A stretch of 64,000 nt of DNA, from contig CANSPQ010000002.1 in the NCBI GenBank assembly GCA_947648915.1, positions 50 to 64,049 on the forward strand, written 5' to 3'. Every line of letters begins with the position of its first letter. Within the stretch, counting starts at the first letter, position 1. This document shows positions 39,178 to 50,189 of this stretch, piece by piece. The DNA comes from an uncultured Bacillales bacterium. GTDB taxonomy: Bacteria; Bacillota_I; Bacilli_A; RF39; UBA660. The notes below the pieces were generated by a model. That model made no database searches. It saw nothing but the letters and a program-made list of their open reading frames with translations, and was not told the DNA's origin. A program made the position numbers and the translations under genes.

Positions 39178-40479
39178 CTACTGTGACAAAAGTTCAATTA
39201 AGCTATCTTCTAATTTCGATAAATCATTTGGACTCATAAATAAGATGACTGAGCCTTTATGTTTACCTAGCATTTTTGCATCTTCCATTGAAATGGGTTC
39301 TCCATGATTCAATCTTCCTATGATAAGCTCAGAAGTAACCTCAGGAAAATCTTCTTGTTTTTCTCTAGCAGGATGAATTTTCATAACATAAGAGTAATCC
39401 GCATGATTCATCGCATTCGCCAAATCCTCTGCAAACTCCTGTGTACGAGAAAATGTATGTGGTTGAAAAACAGTTACAATTTTTTTATTTGGATATTTTT
39501 GTTTTACCGCCTTAATTGTCGCTTTCACCTCATTTGGATGGTGCGCATAGTCATCAATGATAATGGTATCTTCGATGACTGTCTCTGAAAATCTTCTTTT
39601 TGCACCTTCAAACGTTTTAAATACTTTCGCAACTTCTTTGGCTTCCAATCGCTCATAGTAACAAGTCGCAATGGTAGCTAAAGCATCCATCAACATATGT
39701 TTTCCATAGATTGGTAAATCAAAAAATCCATAGTAGTTACCTTCCACGGTTACTTCAAAACTAGTACCTGTTTCTTTGTATTCTACGTTACTTGCAATAA
39801 TATCATTGTCATCATCTAATCCATAAAAGAAAATAGGTGGATTTACTTCTAATAAATGGGTATAAGGATCATCTCCACATGCAATAATCATTTTTTCAGC
39901 CTTGTTGGCATAACTCTGATAAGCATCAATGACATCGTTGATATCTTTAAAATAATCCACATGATCCATATCAATATTCGTAATAATCGCATATTCTGGT
40001 GTATAAGCAAGGAAGTGCCTACGATATTCACAAGATTCTAACACAAAGTATTCATTGTCAATTCCTGCATATCCTGTTCCATCCCCGATTAAATAATTGG
40101 CACCCTTAAGCTCATTGAATACATGTGCGAGCATAGAAGATGTCGTTGTTTTTCCATGACATCCTGCTACACAAATCGTTTTGAACTTTTGCGTCAAATG
40201 TCCTACCATTTCAGAATAGGTATAAATAGGTAATTCCAATGAAAGTGCTTTAGCCACTTCTGGATGTTCATCACCAAAAGAAGCGCCGCGGATAATTTTC
40301 ATGCCTTCCTTGATATTGTTTTCATCAAATGGTAACACAGGAATGCCAAGATCATGTAACCCTTGTTCGGTAAAGAACGTTTCTTCCACATCACTTCCCT
40401 GTACTTCATATCCAAGTTCGTTCATAATTTGCGCTAACGCACTCATACCTGACCCTTTTATTCCAATAAAATGATACAT
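39178..40479 (-). CDS. murC: UDP-N-acetylmuramate--L-alanine ligase
   Basis: HFIGIKGSGMSALA N-terminal motif. GKTTTSSM P-loop. DYAHHP and FQPH.FSRT motifs. Confidence 0.75.
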   Translation of the reverse strand: MYHFIGIKGSGMSALAQIMNELGYEVQGSDVEETFFTEQGLHDLGIPVLPFDENNIKEGMKIIRGASFGDEHPEVAKALSLELPIYTYSEMVGHLTQKFKTICVAGCHGKTTTSSMLAHVFNELKGANYLIGDGTGYAGIDNEYFVLESCEYRRHFLAYTPEYAIITNIDMDHVDYFKDINDVIDAYQSYANKAEKMIIACGDDPYTHLLEVNPPIFFYGLDDDNDIIASNVEYKETGTSFEVTVEGNYYGFFDLPIYGKHMLMDALATIATCYYERLEAKEVAKVFKTFEGAKRRFSETVIEDTIIIDDYAHHPNEVKATIKAVKQKYPNKKIVTVFQPHTFSRTQEFAEDLANAMNHADYSYVMKIHPAREKQEDFPEVTSELIIGRLNHGEPISMEDAKMLGKHKGSVILFMSPNDLSKLEDSLIELLSQ

Positions 40480-40490
40480 AATATTCCTCC

Positions 40491-41189
40491 TTATGATAAA
40501 ATTTGGATCACAAATGGTCCCAATATTAATAATAAAATTAATGGTACAATAAATAATACGGATATAATACTAATTTTATTTGGGATTTTTGCCATTTCCC
40601 CTTTTATCGCCAAAATTTGCTTGTCCCGCAAAAAGTCAATTTGATGATACATCGTATCAATAATACTATTTCCAAATACACTCGTCTGTGTAATATTTAA
40701 AATAATATTATTGATTGTCTCCGATGGAATTCTTTTCTTCATATGTTCTAAAGCTTCCATAAGCGATTTTCCAAATTTAATTTCAAACAATGTCTTTTTA
40801 AACTCCCGCGCGATTTCTGAATCTACATTAAATACAGTAATCTCTAACGCATTTTCTAGATTTCTGCCAGATTCTAGTGTCAGTGTCAAAATCTCAAAAA
40901 AATATAAGGCTTCTTTATCCAATTTACGTGTTCTTGCTTTAATTGGTCTTGTTAATGTCACATATCCAAATAAATAATAATAAAGAATGGTAAGCAGTGG
41001 TGCAAATAAATAACCAGATTTCATTATATATAAGATGAGACAAAAGACAAGAATAGAAGTAAGAAGACGGATGTTCATATAAGTAACTGCATCATATTTT
41101 ACTTCATCCCCAAGTAATAACAACTGGGAATCGACTTTTGCAATATCTTTTTCCGAATAAATTTTACGCGTTAAATTTCGATGGTTCAT
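40491..41189 (-). CDS. type II secretion system F domain protein (TadC-like)
   Basis: T2SSF domain. 3 TM. Confidence 0.55.
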   Translation of the reverse strand: MNHRNLTRKIYSEKDIAKVDSQLLLLGDEVKYDAVTYMNIRLLTSILVFCLILYIMKSGYLFAPLLTILYYYLFGYVTLTRPIKARTRKLDKEALYFFEILTLTLESGRNLENALEITVFNVDSEIAREFKKTLFEIKFGKSLMEALEHMKKRIPSETINNIILNITQTSVFGNSIIDTMYHQIDFLRDKQILAIKGEMAKIPNKISIISVLFIVPLILLLILGPFVIQILS

Positions 41190-41193
41190 CTTC

Positions 41194-42720
41194 TCACATC
41201 CTTACCTTCATGATCTTTCTTACTACAAAAATATAACAAATGTAAATGATTAATATAATGCCACATAAGATGAGTCCAAGTGGTGTTGAATACATTGGAA
41301 CAAAATAAGATGGATTAATGAGACTGATAAATAAGATAAATAATGGTGGAACGATAAATAATACATACACAATAATTTTAGAACTTCCTGTTAAAGAAGC
41401 AAGTTCTAATTTCAGTTTTTTCTTATTGAATAGAGATTTTTCAATAGAAGAGAATACTTGAATAATATTTCCACCCGTTCTATTTAAAATAGAAAGAGAT
41501 GCAGTTAGATAAGTAACTTCTTCTAATTGAATACGCTCTGAAAACCTTCTAAATGTTTCTTCGATAGACAGTCCATATGATAATTCTAAACTCATTTTTT
41601 TAAATTCTTCTGCCATAGAACCTTCTAACTCTTTGGTGACCAAATCTACTGCTTGAATAATACTTCTTCCCGATTTGAATGCATTATTCATAATCATAAT
41701 TGCTTGTAATAAGTCATTTTCTAATGTATTTCTATAGATTTTATATTTAGAAAAATATAGGATATCTGGGAAGAAAAAGCCAAAGAGAAATGGAATCAAT
41801 AATTCATAAGATGCAAATACATGATACTGAATTGCCATTGAAAAAATAGCAATCAATATAAATCCTACTCCACAAATTAATTTGGTTGCAACGGCATCCA
41901 TACCTGTTTGATAAAAAGGACGATATAATGGAATATATTTTTCATAACGTTTACTATACTTTCTTAAAAAAACAGATTTTCCTAATATTTTTGCAAGTCT
42001 CTGGTTCCACTTTTGACAAGCTTTTGTAAATTTTTCAAACACTGAAACAGAATGATTGCGAACACCCTGAACGCTATATTTAGAAATGCGATGTTCTAAT
42101 CGTACACTTTTTTGGTAACGATAAATACGATACACAATTACAGTAGCAAGCGTCAACAATAATAATTGTAGTCCTAATAAAGAAGTTTGATGATTCGCAA
42201 CAATCTGTAATTGGACCGTTTTCGTTGCCACATTACCTGCTTGATCAGTTACTGTATAAATTAATTCCTGTGTTCCCAATTTAGAAAGATCTAACTCTGA
42301 AGCATTTGAAACCACTTGGCTCGTCAAATCCCCATCCAATGCATCATATGCAGTAATATAATCATTGAAATCAATCGTCGTATTTTTAGTCGGTTTTTCT
42401 ATTTTGAGTAAACTTCCTGTACTGGTATCTTTCATCTGAATGATAGGGGCTTCCATATCAATATGATAGATTCCACTTTCAATTACTTCAGTTTTTCTAC
42501 CCTGATAAAGTGTTAGAACAATTTTGTATTCTCCTGTTTCCTGTAAAAGAAAATCGGTTGTTTTGGCACCTGCAACGGTACCAGTTTCAAATACCTCTTG
42601 ATCTTTCATTACCTCATAAGTGTAACGGGTAACGGAAGAAATAGGCGTATAAGAAATTTCTAGGATTTGATTGGTATAATCTACTTGTTCATACAAAGAA
42701 AAGCCATTTGTTTCTCCCAT
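41194..42720 (-). CDS. TadB-like T2SSF domain protein with N-terminal extracellular extension
   Basis: C-terminal T2SSF domain. N-terminal ~190 aa is a non-TM domain. Confidence 0.5.
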   Translation of the reverse strand: MGETNGFSLYEQVDYTNQILEISYTPISSVTRYTYEVMKDQEVFETGTVAGAKTTDFLLQETGEYKIVLTLYQGRKTEVIESGIYHIDMEAPIIQMKDTSTGSLLKIEKPTKNTTIDFNDYITAYDALDGDLTSQVVSNASELDLSKLGTQELIYTVTDQAGNVATKTVQLQIVANHQTSLLGLQLLLLTLATVIVYRIYRYQKSVRLEHRISKYSVQGVRNHSVSVFEKFTKACQKWNQRLAKILGKSVFLRKYSKRYEKYIPLYRPFYQTGMDAVATKLICGVGFILIAIFSMAIQYHVFASYELLIPFLFGFFFPDILYFSKYKIYRNTLENDLLQAIMIMNNAFKSGRSIIQAVDLVTKELEGSMAEEFKKMSLELSYGLSIEETFRRFSERIQLEEVTYLTASLSILNRTGGNIIQVFSSIEKSLFNKKKLKLELASLTGSSKIIVYVLFIVPPLFILFISLINPSYFVPMYSTPLGLILCGIILIIYICYIFVVRKIMKVRM

Positions 42721-42738
42721 TCCAACATCACCTTATTT

Positions 42739-44067
42739 CTATTCAAATATATCTTTTAATGTATCAATGCCACGACTTTTAATTTTTTCATATACCTGTG
42801 GCACATAGTCATGTAATAAAAATTCTCCAATTACCTCACCATTATCCAAAAGTCCTGTTTGTGTAAATGAGAATATTTCCTTGACAGAAATAACGTCCTG
42901 ATTAAAACCAGTTACTTCACAAATACTTGTAATTTTACGTTTTCCATCAGAAAGTCTTTGGATATGTACGACAATATCAATCGCATTTTCTATATATTCA
43001 CGGATGGCTTTGACAGGGATTTCCATTCCCGCCATTAAAATCATCGTTTCTAGCCGGTTTAGCGCATCGGCAGGTGAATTGGCATGCATCGTCGTTAAAC
43101 TTCCATTATGCCCTGTATTCATTGCCTGTAACATATCAAATGCTTCTTTTCCACGAACTTCTCCTACAATAATACGATCAGGTCGCATACGAAGGGAGTT
43201 TAAAACCAAGTCACGAATCGTAACTTCCCCTTCCCCTTCATAGTTGGTAAGACGTGTTTCTAGAGAAATGACATGCTCCTGTTCCAATTTTAATTCGGCT
43301 GCATCTTCAATCGTAATAATACGTTCTTGTTTACCAATAAAAGAAGATAACACATTGAGTAAGGTTGTCTTTCCTCCACCCGTTCCTCCACAGATGATAA
43401 TATTTAATTTGGCCTGAACACAAGCTTCTAAAAAACGCGCCATATATGGAGTGAGTGCGCCACTTCTTAAAAAGTCATCGATATTAGCAAGTTCTTCTTT
43501 GAATTTACGAATGGTTAAGACAGGTCCCTTTAAAGAAAGTGGTGGAATGACTGCATTCAAACGTGATCCATCTTCGAGTCTCGCATCCACCATAGGACTA
43601 GAAGTATCAATGGTTCTACCCAAAGGTTGAATCATTCTTTGAATCGTACGAATAATATGATCATCATTGATAAAAGATACACTATCATCCTTTACCACTT
43701 GACCATCTAATTCAATATAAATCTCATTGGTTCCATTCACCATAATTTCTGTAATTTGTTTATCATCAAGTAATTCTGTTAGAGGTCCATAACCACTAAT
43801 TTCATTGTCAATCAAATTGTAGATATAACTGCGCTCTACATTACTGAGATCATAACCTTCAATCGTTTTATCGATTTCTGCTTTGACAAATTCATCCATT
43901 GTTCCATTGGAAGTAATATTATGGTCAATCAAATTTTGAATGATTTTATTTCGCAATTCTTCTAGTAAGCCTTTATTTGGAAATGCATCATAATCTTTTA
44001 CTTCTTGAATATTTGGATTCTCTACCTTAATATCAAATTCTTCTGTAAATTTTCGCAATTCTCTCAC
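42739..44067 (-). CDS. CpaF/TadA secretion ATPase
   Basis: Walker [10 protein letters not shown]. VirB11-like family. Confidence 0.8.
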   Translation of the reverse strand: MRELRKFTEEFDIKVENPNIQEVKDYDAFPNKGLLEELRNKIIQNLIDHNITSNGTMDEFVKAEIDKTIEGYDLSNVERSYIYNLIDNEISGYGPLTELLDDKQITEIMVNGTNEIYIELDGQVVKDDSVSFINDDHIIRTIQRMIQPLGRTIDTSSPMVDARLEDGSRLNAVIPPLSLKGPVLTIRKFKEELANIDDFLRSGALTPYMARFLEACVQAKLNIIICGGTGGGKTTLLNVLSSFIGKQERIITIEDAAELKLEQEHVISLETRLTNYEGEGEVTIRDLVLNSLRMRPDRIIVGEVRGKEAFDMLQAMNTGHNGSLTTMHANSPADALNRLETMILMAGMEIPVKAIREYIENAIDIVVHIQRLSDGKRKITSICEVTGFNQDVISVKEIFSFTQTGLLDNGEVIGEFLLHDYVPQVYEKIKSRGIDTLKDIFE

Positions 44068-44832
44068 CTACTTTTTTTGTTCTTTTAACATAGACTCTAG
44101 CATTTTTTCAAAATGGGTAATTCCTTTTTTATGCTTTTTACGAATATGTGGATCCAATGTAAGAATTTTTCCATCTAAGACATATTTATCGATATTTTTG
44201 ATGTAAAAAGAATTCGGAATGGTATAGTCAATATTATCTTTAATGATATTTTTGATGTCGTAAAAGGAAAAATAATCTTTTTGACGATCACTCGCTTCAT
44301 TTAAAATAATCTTATAGTTTTTCTTATCCATATCTTGGTAAATAGAAACCATTGTCCGCATATTTTTTAAATCAACAGGGTCATTGGTGATAATATATAA
44401 AATCTGATCGCTATAATCTAAGTTGACCAAATTGATATCACTTAGATTATGGTTGGTATCCACTAAAATCACATCATATTTTAATTTGGCTTTGGCATAA
44501 ATTACCTGCAAATATTTACTATTTATTTTTCCTGCTGTCCTTGGATCTTTTGGAGCAGGTATGACATCAATATATTCATCATAAGTCGTAATATAGTCCT
44601 CTAAATTATGAAAACGGTTATTGTTCAAATCATCCATCAGTTGAAATAAATCATGTTCTATCTGTATATTAAGAGAAGCTGCAATTCCACCAGAATATAA
44701 ATCTAAATCAATAATCAAAGTTTTCATTTTACGCATTTTTATAATGCCTGCCAAATTGAGTACTGTGGTTGTTTTTCCAGTCCCACCTTTGACAGAGGTA
44801 ACTGTAATTACTTTTGCTTGTCTTACGGACAT
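44068..44832 (-). CDS. ParA/MinD-like ATPase (CpaE/TadZ-like)
   Basis: Deviant Walker A KGGTGKTT. Confidence 0.6.
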   Translation of the reverse strand: MSVRQAKVITVTSVKGGTGKTTTVLNLAGIIKMRKMKTLIIDLDLYSGGIAASLNIQIEHDLFQLMDDLNNNRFHNLEDYITTYDEYIDVIPAPKDPRTAGKINSKYLQVIYAKAKLKYDVILVDTNHNLSDINLVNLDYSDQILYIITNDPVDLKNMRTMVSIYQDMDKKNYKIILNEASDRQKDYFSFYDIKNIIKDNIDYTIPNSFYIKNIDKYVLDGKILTLDPHIRKKHKKGITHFEKMLESMLKEQKK

Positions 44833-44836
44833 ATTA

Positions 44837-45214
44837 TCACTCCTTTATGATTCTTTTATTTTCAAGTATACTTTTTTTCATTGTAATGACAGTATCTTTT
44901 TCTTGATATAAAAATGGAAAAATAGATTTGACTGTTTTCGTAACGGAAATGGTAATTCGATCTTCTGTAATATGAATTTCTGAATTTTCTATTGTCTTTA
45001 AATTGAGTATCAATAATTTACGAATATCAGTTTCTAATGTAGAAGACTCTCTATGCTCCATTCCATATTCTAACGCATTGATAACCGCATGGTCTACTTT
45101 ACGTTTTTCAATATGTAAATGACCAATATCAATTAAAAATCCCAGTACAAGTAGTAAAACTGGTAGTAACAAAACAAATAAAACTAATGTTTGCCCTTTA
45201 TGATTCAGTTGCAT
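44837..45214 (-). CDS. TadE-like pilus assembly protein
   Basis: N-terminal GQTLVLFVLLLPVLLLV hydrophobic segment. Confidence 0.45.
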   Translation of the reverse strand: MQLNHKGQTLVLFVLLLPVLLLVLGFLIDIGHLHIEKRKVDHAVINALEYGMEHRESSTLETDIRKLLILNLKTIENSEIHITEDRITISVTKTVKSIFPFLYQEKDTVITMKKSILENKRIIKE

Positions 45215-45545
45215 TTAGTATGGTTAAACTCTCTTTTACAGTATAAGGACTATTCAGTATTTGATTGAGTCCTGGCGTTATGATGTCTACTTTTTTTGTT
45301 AGAACAATCGTCGTATAGGTTTCTTTTAAATCATAAGAAACCGATAACTTTTTACCACTCAAATAGCGACTTAATTCTTGTTCCTGTTTCTGTACATATA
45401 AGTCTTTTACCACATCTAAGTCATTTTGTAAGCGGTATTTTTCATAGATAATAGTTCCAAAATCAATGGAAGCAAATACCAACAATAAAAAGACAGGTAA
45501 AATCATTACAAATTCGACGAGTGCTTGCCCACTTGTTTTTTTCAT
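45198..45545 (-). CDS. TadE/TadG-like pseudopilin
   Basis: GQALVEFVMILPVFLLLVF motif. Confidence 0.55.
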   Translation of the reverse strand: MKKTSGQALVEFVMILPVFLLLVFASIDFGTIIYEKYRLQNDLDVVKDLYVQKQEQELSRYLSGKKLSVSYDLKETYTTIVLTKKVDIITPGLNQILNSPYTVKESLTILNATES

Positions 45546-45625
45546 ATCATCACGCCTCTTTACCTTATACCAATTATAGCAAAAAAAAAAAGATTACTCA
45601 ACAAAAAATGATACGATGTATCATT

Positions 45626-45847
45626 TTATCTATCGACGCATTGCCCTTGTCCTGGTTTTGGCCCTTCTACATATACTTTATCTGTTAAATTACATGCGGA
45701 TTTTGTCATAGAATCTTGTAAATAACCACCTAGCAATTTTACAACAGTGACAACTACTACACTGATAACTGCAATGATTAATAAATATTCAACAAGCGCT
45801 TGTCCCCTACGATTCCATTTTGTCATAAAATCCCTCCTGCATAACAA
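45626..45847 (-). CDS. Flp/Fap family pilin
   Basis: G/XXXXEY motif (GQALVEY) plus a hydrophobic helix. 66-73 aa. Confidence 0.55.
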   Translation of the reverse strand: MLCRRDFMTKWNRRGQALVEYLLIIAVISVVVVTVVKLLGGYLQDSMTKSACNLTDKVYVEGPKPGQGQCVDR

Positions 45848-45880
45848 TCTCTATATTCATATTATACTGTTTTAAACAAT

Positions 45881-46243
45881 TTGTCAAATATTTTTTGGTA
45901 TGTTATAGTAGTTGTGGTGATTCTTATGACCATTCAAATTGGAAATCAGATTTTAAAGATAAAAGCCTGTACCACTTTCTTTTCTAGATGCTTAGGTATG
46001 ATGGGTCAGAAAAAGACACTTTCTTACGGCCTTTACTTTCCAAAATGTAAGAGTGTTCATACCTTCTTTATGCGCCAAAATATTGATATCGTTATGGTCA
46101 ACTCAAAAAACGAAATTGTTGCTTTTTATCAAAATGCGAAACCATGGCATATTTTCTATTCCAAAAAAGCCTATGCATGTTATGAATTTTCAGTTGGAGT
46201 TTTAAATGGAGTTACAATTGGAGACTTCATTATTTTAAAATAA
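45881..46243 (+). CDS. DUF192 domain protein
   Basis: Family-typical length and C-terminal GxxxGD pattern. Confidence 0.45.
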   Translation: MSNIFWYVIVVVVILMTIQIGNQILKIKACTTFFSRCLGMMGQKKTLSYGLYFPKCKSVHTFFMRQNIDIVMVNSKNEIVAFYQNAKPWHIFYSKKAYACYEFSVGVLNGVTIGDFIILK

Positions 46244-46289
46244 TAGACCTTAGGTCTTTTTTATTACAAAAAAAACGTTTGATAACGTT

Positions 46290-46991
46290 TTAATCATCAC
46301 GATTTTGAAACATCAAAATCAAACGAAGTAAATTTAAGATAGAAGAAATTAAACTTGCAACATAAGTCATAGCAGCTGCACCTAACATATTTTTGACATC
46401 CTCTTTTTCTTCTAAGTCTACTAATCCTAATTGTTCTAGCTGAATCCCTGCCCTTTTGGAAGCATCAAATTCAACCGGCAATGTAACAAGTTGGAATAAG
46501 ATGGTTGCAAGTAAAATTAAGATACCAATCATTAAATATCCAGTAATTCCTGCTAATAAGGAAATGATAATGGAAAAATAACCCAAATAACTCACTAAAT
46601 TTACAAATGGGACTAAAGCACTACGAATACGCATAAAACTATAATTTTCTTTGTCTTGAATCGCATGTCCACATTCATGTGCTGCAACGGAAATAGATGC
46701 GATAGAAGTCCCATGAAATATTTCTGTAGATAATCGTACTACTTTTCTGCTTGGGTCATAGTGATCGGTTAATGTTCCTTTGGTTTCTACAACATGGATA
46801 TCTGTAAGTCCATTTTGATCTAAAATCATACGTGCAACTTCTTGACCAGAAATTCCTTTTTTACATGTAATTACTTTACTTTTTGCATAAGCAGAATTAA
46901 TCTTCAATTGTGCAGATAAAACAATAATAAATCCAATGACTGCAAGTGCTATTGTTATGATATTTTCATAACCGAATGTTAAATAGTTCAT
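46290..46991 (-). CDS. zinc metallopeptidase (YugP/Zn_peptidase_2-like membrane protein)
   Basis: HECGHAIQ HExxH motif. TM segments. Confidence 0.6.
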   Translation of the reverse strand: MNYLTFGYENIITIALAVIGFIIVLSAQLKINSAYAKSKVITCKKGISGQEVARMILDQNGLTDIHVVETKGTLTDHYDPSRKVVRLSTEIFHGTSIASISVAAHECGHAIQDKENYSFMRIRSALVPFVNLVSYLGYFSIIISLLAGITGYLMIGILILLATILFQLVTLPVEFDASKRAGIQLEQLGLVDLEEKEDVKNMLGAAAMTYVASLISSILNLLRLILMFQNRDD

Positions 46992-46994
46992 AAA

Positions 46995-48413
46995 TTACCT
47001 CTTTTCTATTTCGTATAAAATTCCTTCTCTAGTATCTTTTAAAATAATGCCTTGCTCCAATAACTCTTGTCTGATTTGGTCTGCTAAAGCATAGTTCTTA
47101 TTTTGTTTTGCAAGTATTCTTTCTTTAATTTTCTCTTGAATATACGCTTCTAATTCCGTGTCAATGACAGTTTCTTTGCTTTCAAATAATCCTAGTGATA
47201 AAACCGTTTCAAAGTTTTCTATCAAAGCAATTTTGGTTACAGAATTCAGTTTTTCTTCTTTTAAGACATCATATAAAACGGTAAGGGCATTGGCTGTATT
47301 CAAATCCTGTTCCAAAGCTTCCTGAAAACGACGTTGGTATATCTGATATAAATCCATCTGTAATTCACCGGTTGTATCTTGTTGCAACGCTTGCACTTTC
47401 CTTACTAATTTTTCGTAAGTGGATGCAGCTCGGTCTAAATTTTCATAAGAGAAGACAAGTTGTTTTCGGTAATGCGATTCTAAACAAAACAAACGATAAG
47501 CAAGTGGGTTATATCCTTTTTCTTTTAAAAGAGATAGTGTCAAAAATTCTCCTTTGGATTTACTCATTTTTCCAGTACTATCATTTAAATGTTCTCCATG
47601 ACACCAATAATTACACCATTTATGTCCTAAATAAGCTTCACTTTGCGCAATTTCATTGGTATGATGTGGGAAAATATTATCCACACCACCACAATGGATA
47701 TCCAAATATTCTCCTAAATTAGCAATACTAATTCCAGAACATTCAATATGCCATCCTGGATAACCAGTTCCATATTTGGAATCCCATTTTAATTCTTGAT
47801 CTTCAAATTTAGACTTTGTAAACCATAACGCAAAATCGGCTTGGTTTCTTTTACAACTATCTTCTTCTACACCTTCACGAACACCAACAACCATATCATC
47901 TGCTTTATGATTGGTTAAAGCATAATAATCATCTAATTTTGTGACATCAAAATAAACATTTCCACCTGACTGATATGCATACCCTTTTTCCATTAAAACA
48001 TCTATGATTTTTAGATACATATCAATATAACCGGTTGCTTTACAAATCGTTTTAGGGCGTTTGATATGTAAATCATCCATATCCTGCAAAAAGGCTTGCG
48101 TATAAAATTCAGCAATTTCTAATACTGATTTATGTTCTCTTTGGGCTCCCTTTACCATTTTATCTTCACCAGAATCAGAATCACTACTTAAATGTCCTAC
48201 ATCTGTGATATTCATAACACGATTGACAGAATATCCAATGTAGTTTAAGGTACGTTCTAAGATATCCTCAAAAATATAAGTACGTAGATTTCCAATATGT
48301 GCATAATGATAAACCGTTGGTCCACAGGTATACATTTTGACTTCATTCACATCATATGGAACAAATTCTTCTACTTGTCTGGTTAATGTATTATATAACT
48401 TCATAGACTTCAC
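46995..48413 (-). CDS. cysS: cysteine--tRNA ligase (likely start at MKLYNTL)
   Basis: HIGN (HYAHIGNLRTY) and KMSKS motifs. Confidence 0.9.
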   Translation of the reverse strand: MKSMKLYNTLTRQVEEFVPYDVNEVKMYTCGPTVYHYAHIGNLRTYIFEDILERTLNYIGYSVNRVMNITDVGHLSSDSDSGEDKMVKGAQREHKSVLEIAEFYTQAFLQDMDDLHIKRPKTICKATGYIDMYLKIIDVLMEKGYAYQSGGNVYFDVTKLDDYYALTNHKADDMVVGVREGVEEDSCKRNQADFALWFTKSKFEDQELKWDSKYGTGYPGWHIECSGISIANLGEYLDIHCGGVDNIFPHHTNEIAQSEAYLGHKWCNYWCHGEHLNDSTGKMSKSKGEFLTLSLLKEKGYNPLAYRLFCLESHYRKQLVFSYENLDRAASTYEKLVRKVQALQQDTTGELQMDLYQIYQRRFQEALEQDLNTANALTVLYDVLKEEKLNSVTKIALIENFETVLSLGLFESKETVIDTELEAYIQEKIKERILAKQNKNYALADQIRQELLEQGIILKDTREGILYEIEKR

Positions 48414-48461
48414 CTTCCTTGTTATTATAGCATATCTATTTTGGAAAGAAAAGAAACTTTG

Positions 48462-49427
48462 TTAGTTCACACAATCTAACACAACTTGATAATCCAATAG
48501 TTCTACTTGATTAGAAATTGGTGCATCCAGCTTTTCAGAAGATGCCAAATCTGTTGTTAAATATTTTTTATTATCGTCTGGAAAAACAGTTACAATTGTT
48601 CCACCTATTTCCTCTTCTAATAAAATAGCCCCAAGCATATTGGCACCCGAAGAAATGCCAACACCAAGTCCTAACGCTCTTCCTAATTTTCTTGCCATTT
48701 CAATCGCATCTGTATCATGAATCTGAATGACTTTATGAATCATATTTTGATCCACTATTTTTGGAATAAAATCATCTCCGATTCCTTCTATTTTATGAGA
48801 GGATACTGTTCCTCCAGATAAAAGCGCCATGGTATCTGGTTCCAAAGCACATATTGTTGTATGTGGGTTTTCTTCTAAGATACGTTTGCCAATTCCCATT
48901 AGAGTTCCACCAGTTCCAATACCAGATACAAATCCATCAATCGGATGAACAGAATTTACGATTTCTTTTCCTGTTGCTTCATAATGAGCAAGTACATTAT
49001 CGGGATTGGAAAATTGATTGGCTAAAAATCCATTATGTTCCATTGCAAACTGGTTTGCTTCCTCTATACATCTAGAGAAACCGCCTTCTTCTTTGGAAAA
49101 TAAAGTTACATCTGCTCCAAACAATTTCATAATACGCAAACGTTCTACACTCACCCAATCTGGCATATAGATATGACATGGATGATGATAATAAGCAGCT
49201 AGTGCAGCCAAAGAGATACCTGTATTCCCACTAGTTGCCTCTACAATTGGCATATTTGGTTTTAATTCTCCTCTTTCTTTTGCCTTACTTAGTATATAAT
49301 AAGCAACACGGTCTTTAATACTTCCTGTTAGATTATACGATTCTAGTTTTGCATATACACTTTTTTCTTTTCCTTTGTATCGATACTTTATTTTTACCAT
49401 AGGGGTATTTCCTATCATTTCAATCAC
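48462..49427 (-). CDS. cysteine synthase/PLP-dependent CysK family
   Basis: PLP-lysine region TGSIKDR. GTGGT loop. Confidence 0.75.
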   Translation of the reverse strand: MIEMIGNTPMVKIKYRYKGKEKSVYAKLESYNLTGSIKDRVAYYILSKAKERGELKPNMPIVEATSGNTGISLAALAAYYHHPCHIYMPDWVSVERLRIMKLFGADVTLFSKEEGGFSRCIEEANQFAMEHNGFLANQFSNPDNVLAHYEATGKEIVNSVHPIDGFVSGIGTGGTLMGIGKRILEENPHTTICALEPDTMALLSGGTVSSHKIEGIGDDFIPKIVDQNMIHKVIQIHDTDAIEMARKLGRALGLGVGISSGANMLGAILLEEEIGGTIVTVFPDDNKKYLTTDLASSEKLDAPISNQVELLDYQVVLDCVN

Positions 49428-49539
49428 CTATTATACTATAAGAAAGATTGACAAAAAATTGACTTTTTTTTCGAATTTTCCTTAATTTTATTGCATAAGA
49501 TAAAGTAATATGTTATGATATAAAGGCAGTGATGCGAAT

Positions 49540-49616
49540 GGACCCTTAGCTCAGTTGGTTAGAGCATCCGGCTCATAACCGGGCGGTCGATGGTTCGAGT
49601 CCATCAGGGTCCACCA
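49540..49616 (+). tRNA. tRNA-Met (CAT anticodon; could be tRNA-Ile2 lysidine type)
   Basis: Cloverleaf with anticodon loop CTCATAA. CCA encoded. Confidence 0.85.
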
Positions 49617-49620
49617 ATAT

Positions 49621-49705
49621 GCAGGTGTGGCGAAATTGGCAGACGCGCTAGACTTAGGATCTAGTGCCTTACGGCATGGGGGTTCAAGTCCCTTCACCTG
49701 CACCA
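49621..49705 (+). tRNA. tRNA-Leu(TAG)
   Basis: Anticodon stem CTAGA/TCTAG with loop CTTAGGA. Long variable arm. CCA encoded. Confidence 0.85.
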
Positions 49706-49711
49706 TATGTT

Positions 49712-49745
49712 TATTAAGCGTTGTGAAACAACGTTTTTTTATTTA
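49712..49745 (+). terminator. intrinsic terminator AAGCGTTGTGAAACAACGTTTTTTTATTT
   Basis: Seen in sequence after the tRNA pair. Confidence 0.5.
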
Positions 49746-49859
49746 ATACAAAAAAGATAGTCTCGTTTTGACCTTGTTTTATATTGTGTTCAATTTTTCT
49801 AACAGTTTATAAAGAGTTTAAAAAAATATCCAAGTTATTATAATCAAAAAATAACCAAT

Positions 49860-50189
49860 CATTCTTTTCGCCACAGTAAAGCATTGCATTTGTTAGAAAC
49901 AGGAGTTAATCTCGTTTACATTAGAAATATATTAGGGCATAAATCAATTACTACAACTGAGATTTATGCAAAAACTAATCCTGAAATAAAACGAAAAGCA
50001 ACCGAAAACAATAGTCAAAGCATCAAAGTCAGTGATAGGTATAGTTCAAAAAATAAGAATGATTTATTAAACTGTTTAAAACCTAGTCGTCAAAAACTAG
50101 GTTTTAAACAGAAAATCATTAGTTATGAAATTTGTTTTGAATTTAAACACTATTCTGATATAAACGCTTCTCTTTTTGTAATTTTTTAA
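49860..50189 (+). pseudogene. tyrosine recombinase (phage integrase) C-terminal remnant
   Basis: HSFRHSKALHLLETGVNLVYIRNILGHKSITTTEIYAKT is integrase box II (R-H-R-Y region). There is an in-frame stop about 20 codons upstream. The N-terminal ~300 aa are absent. Confidence 0.6.
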
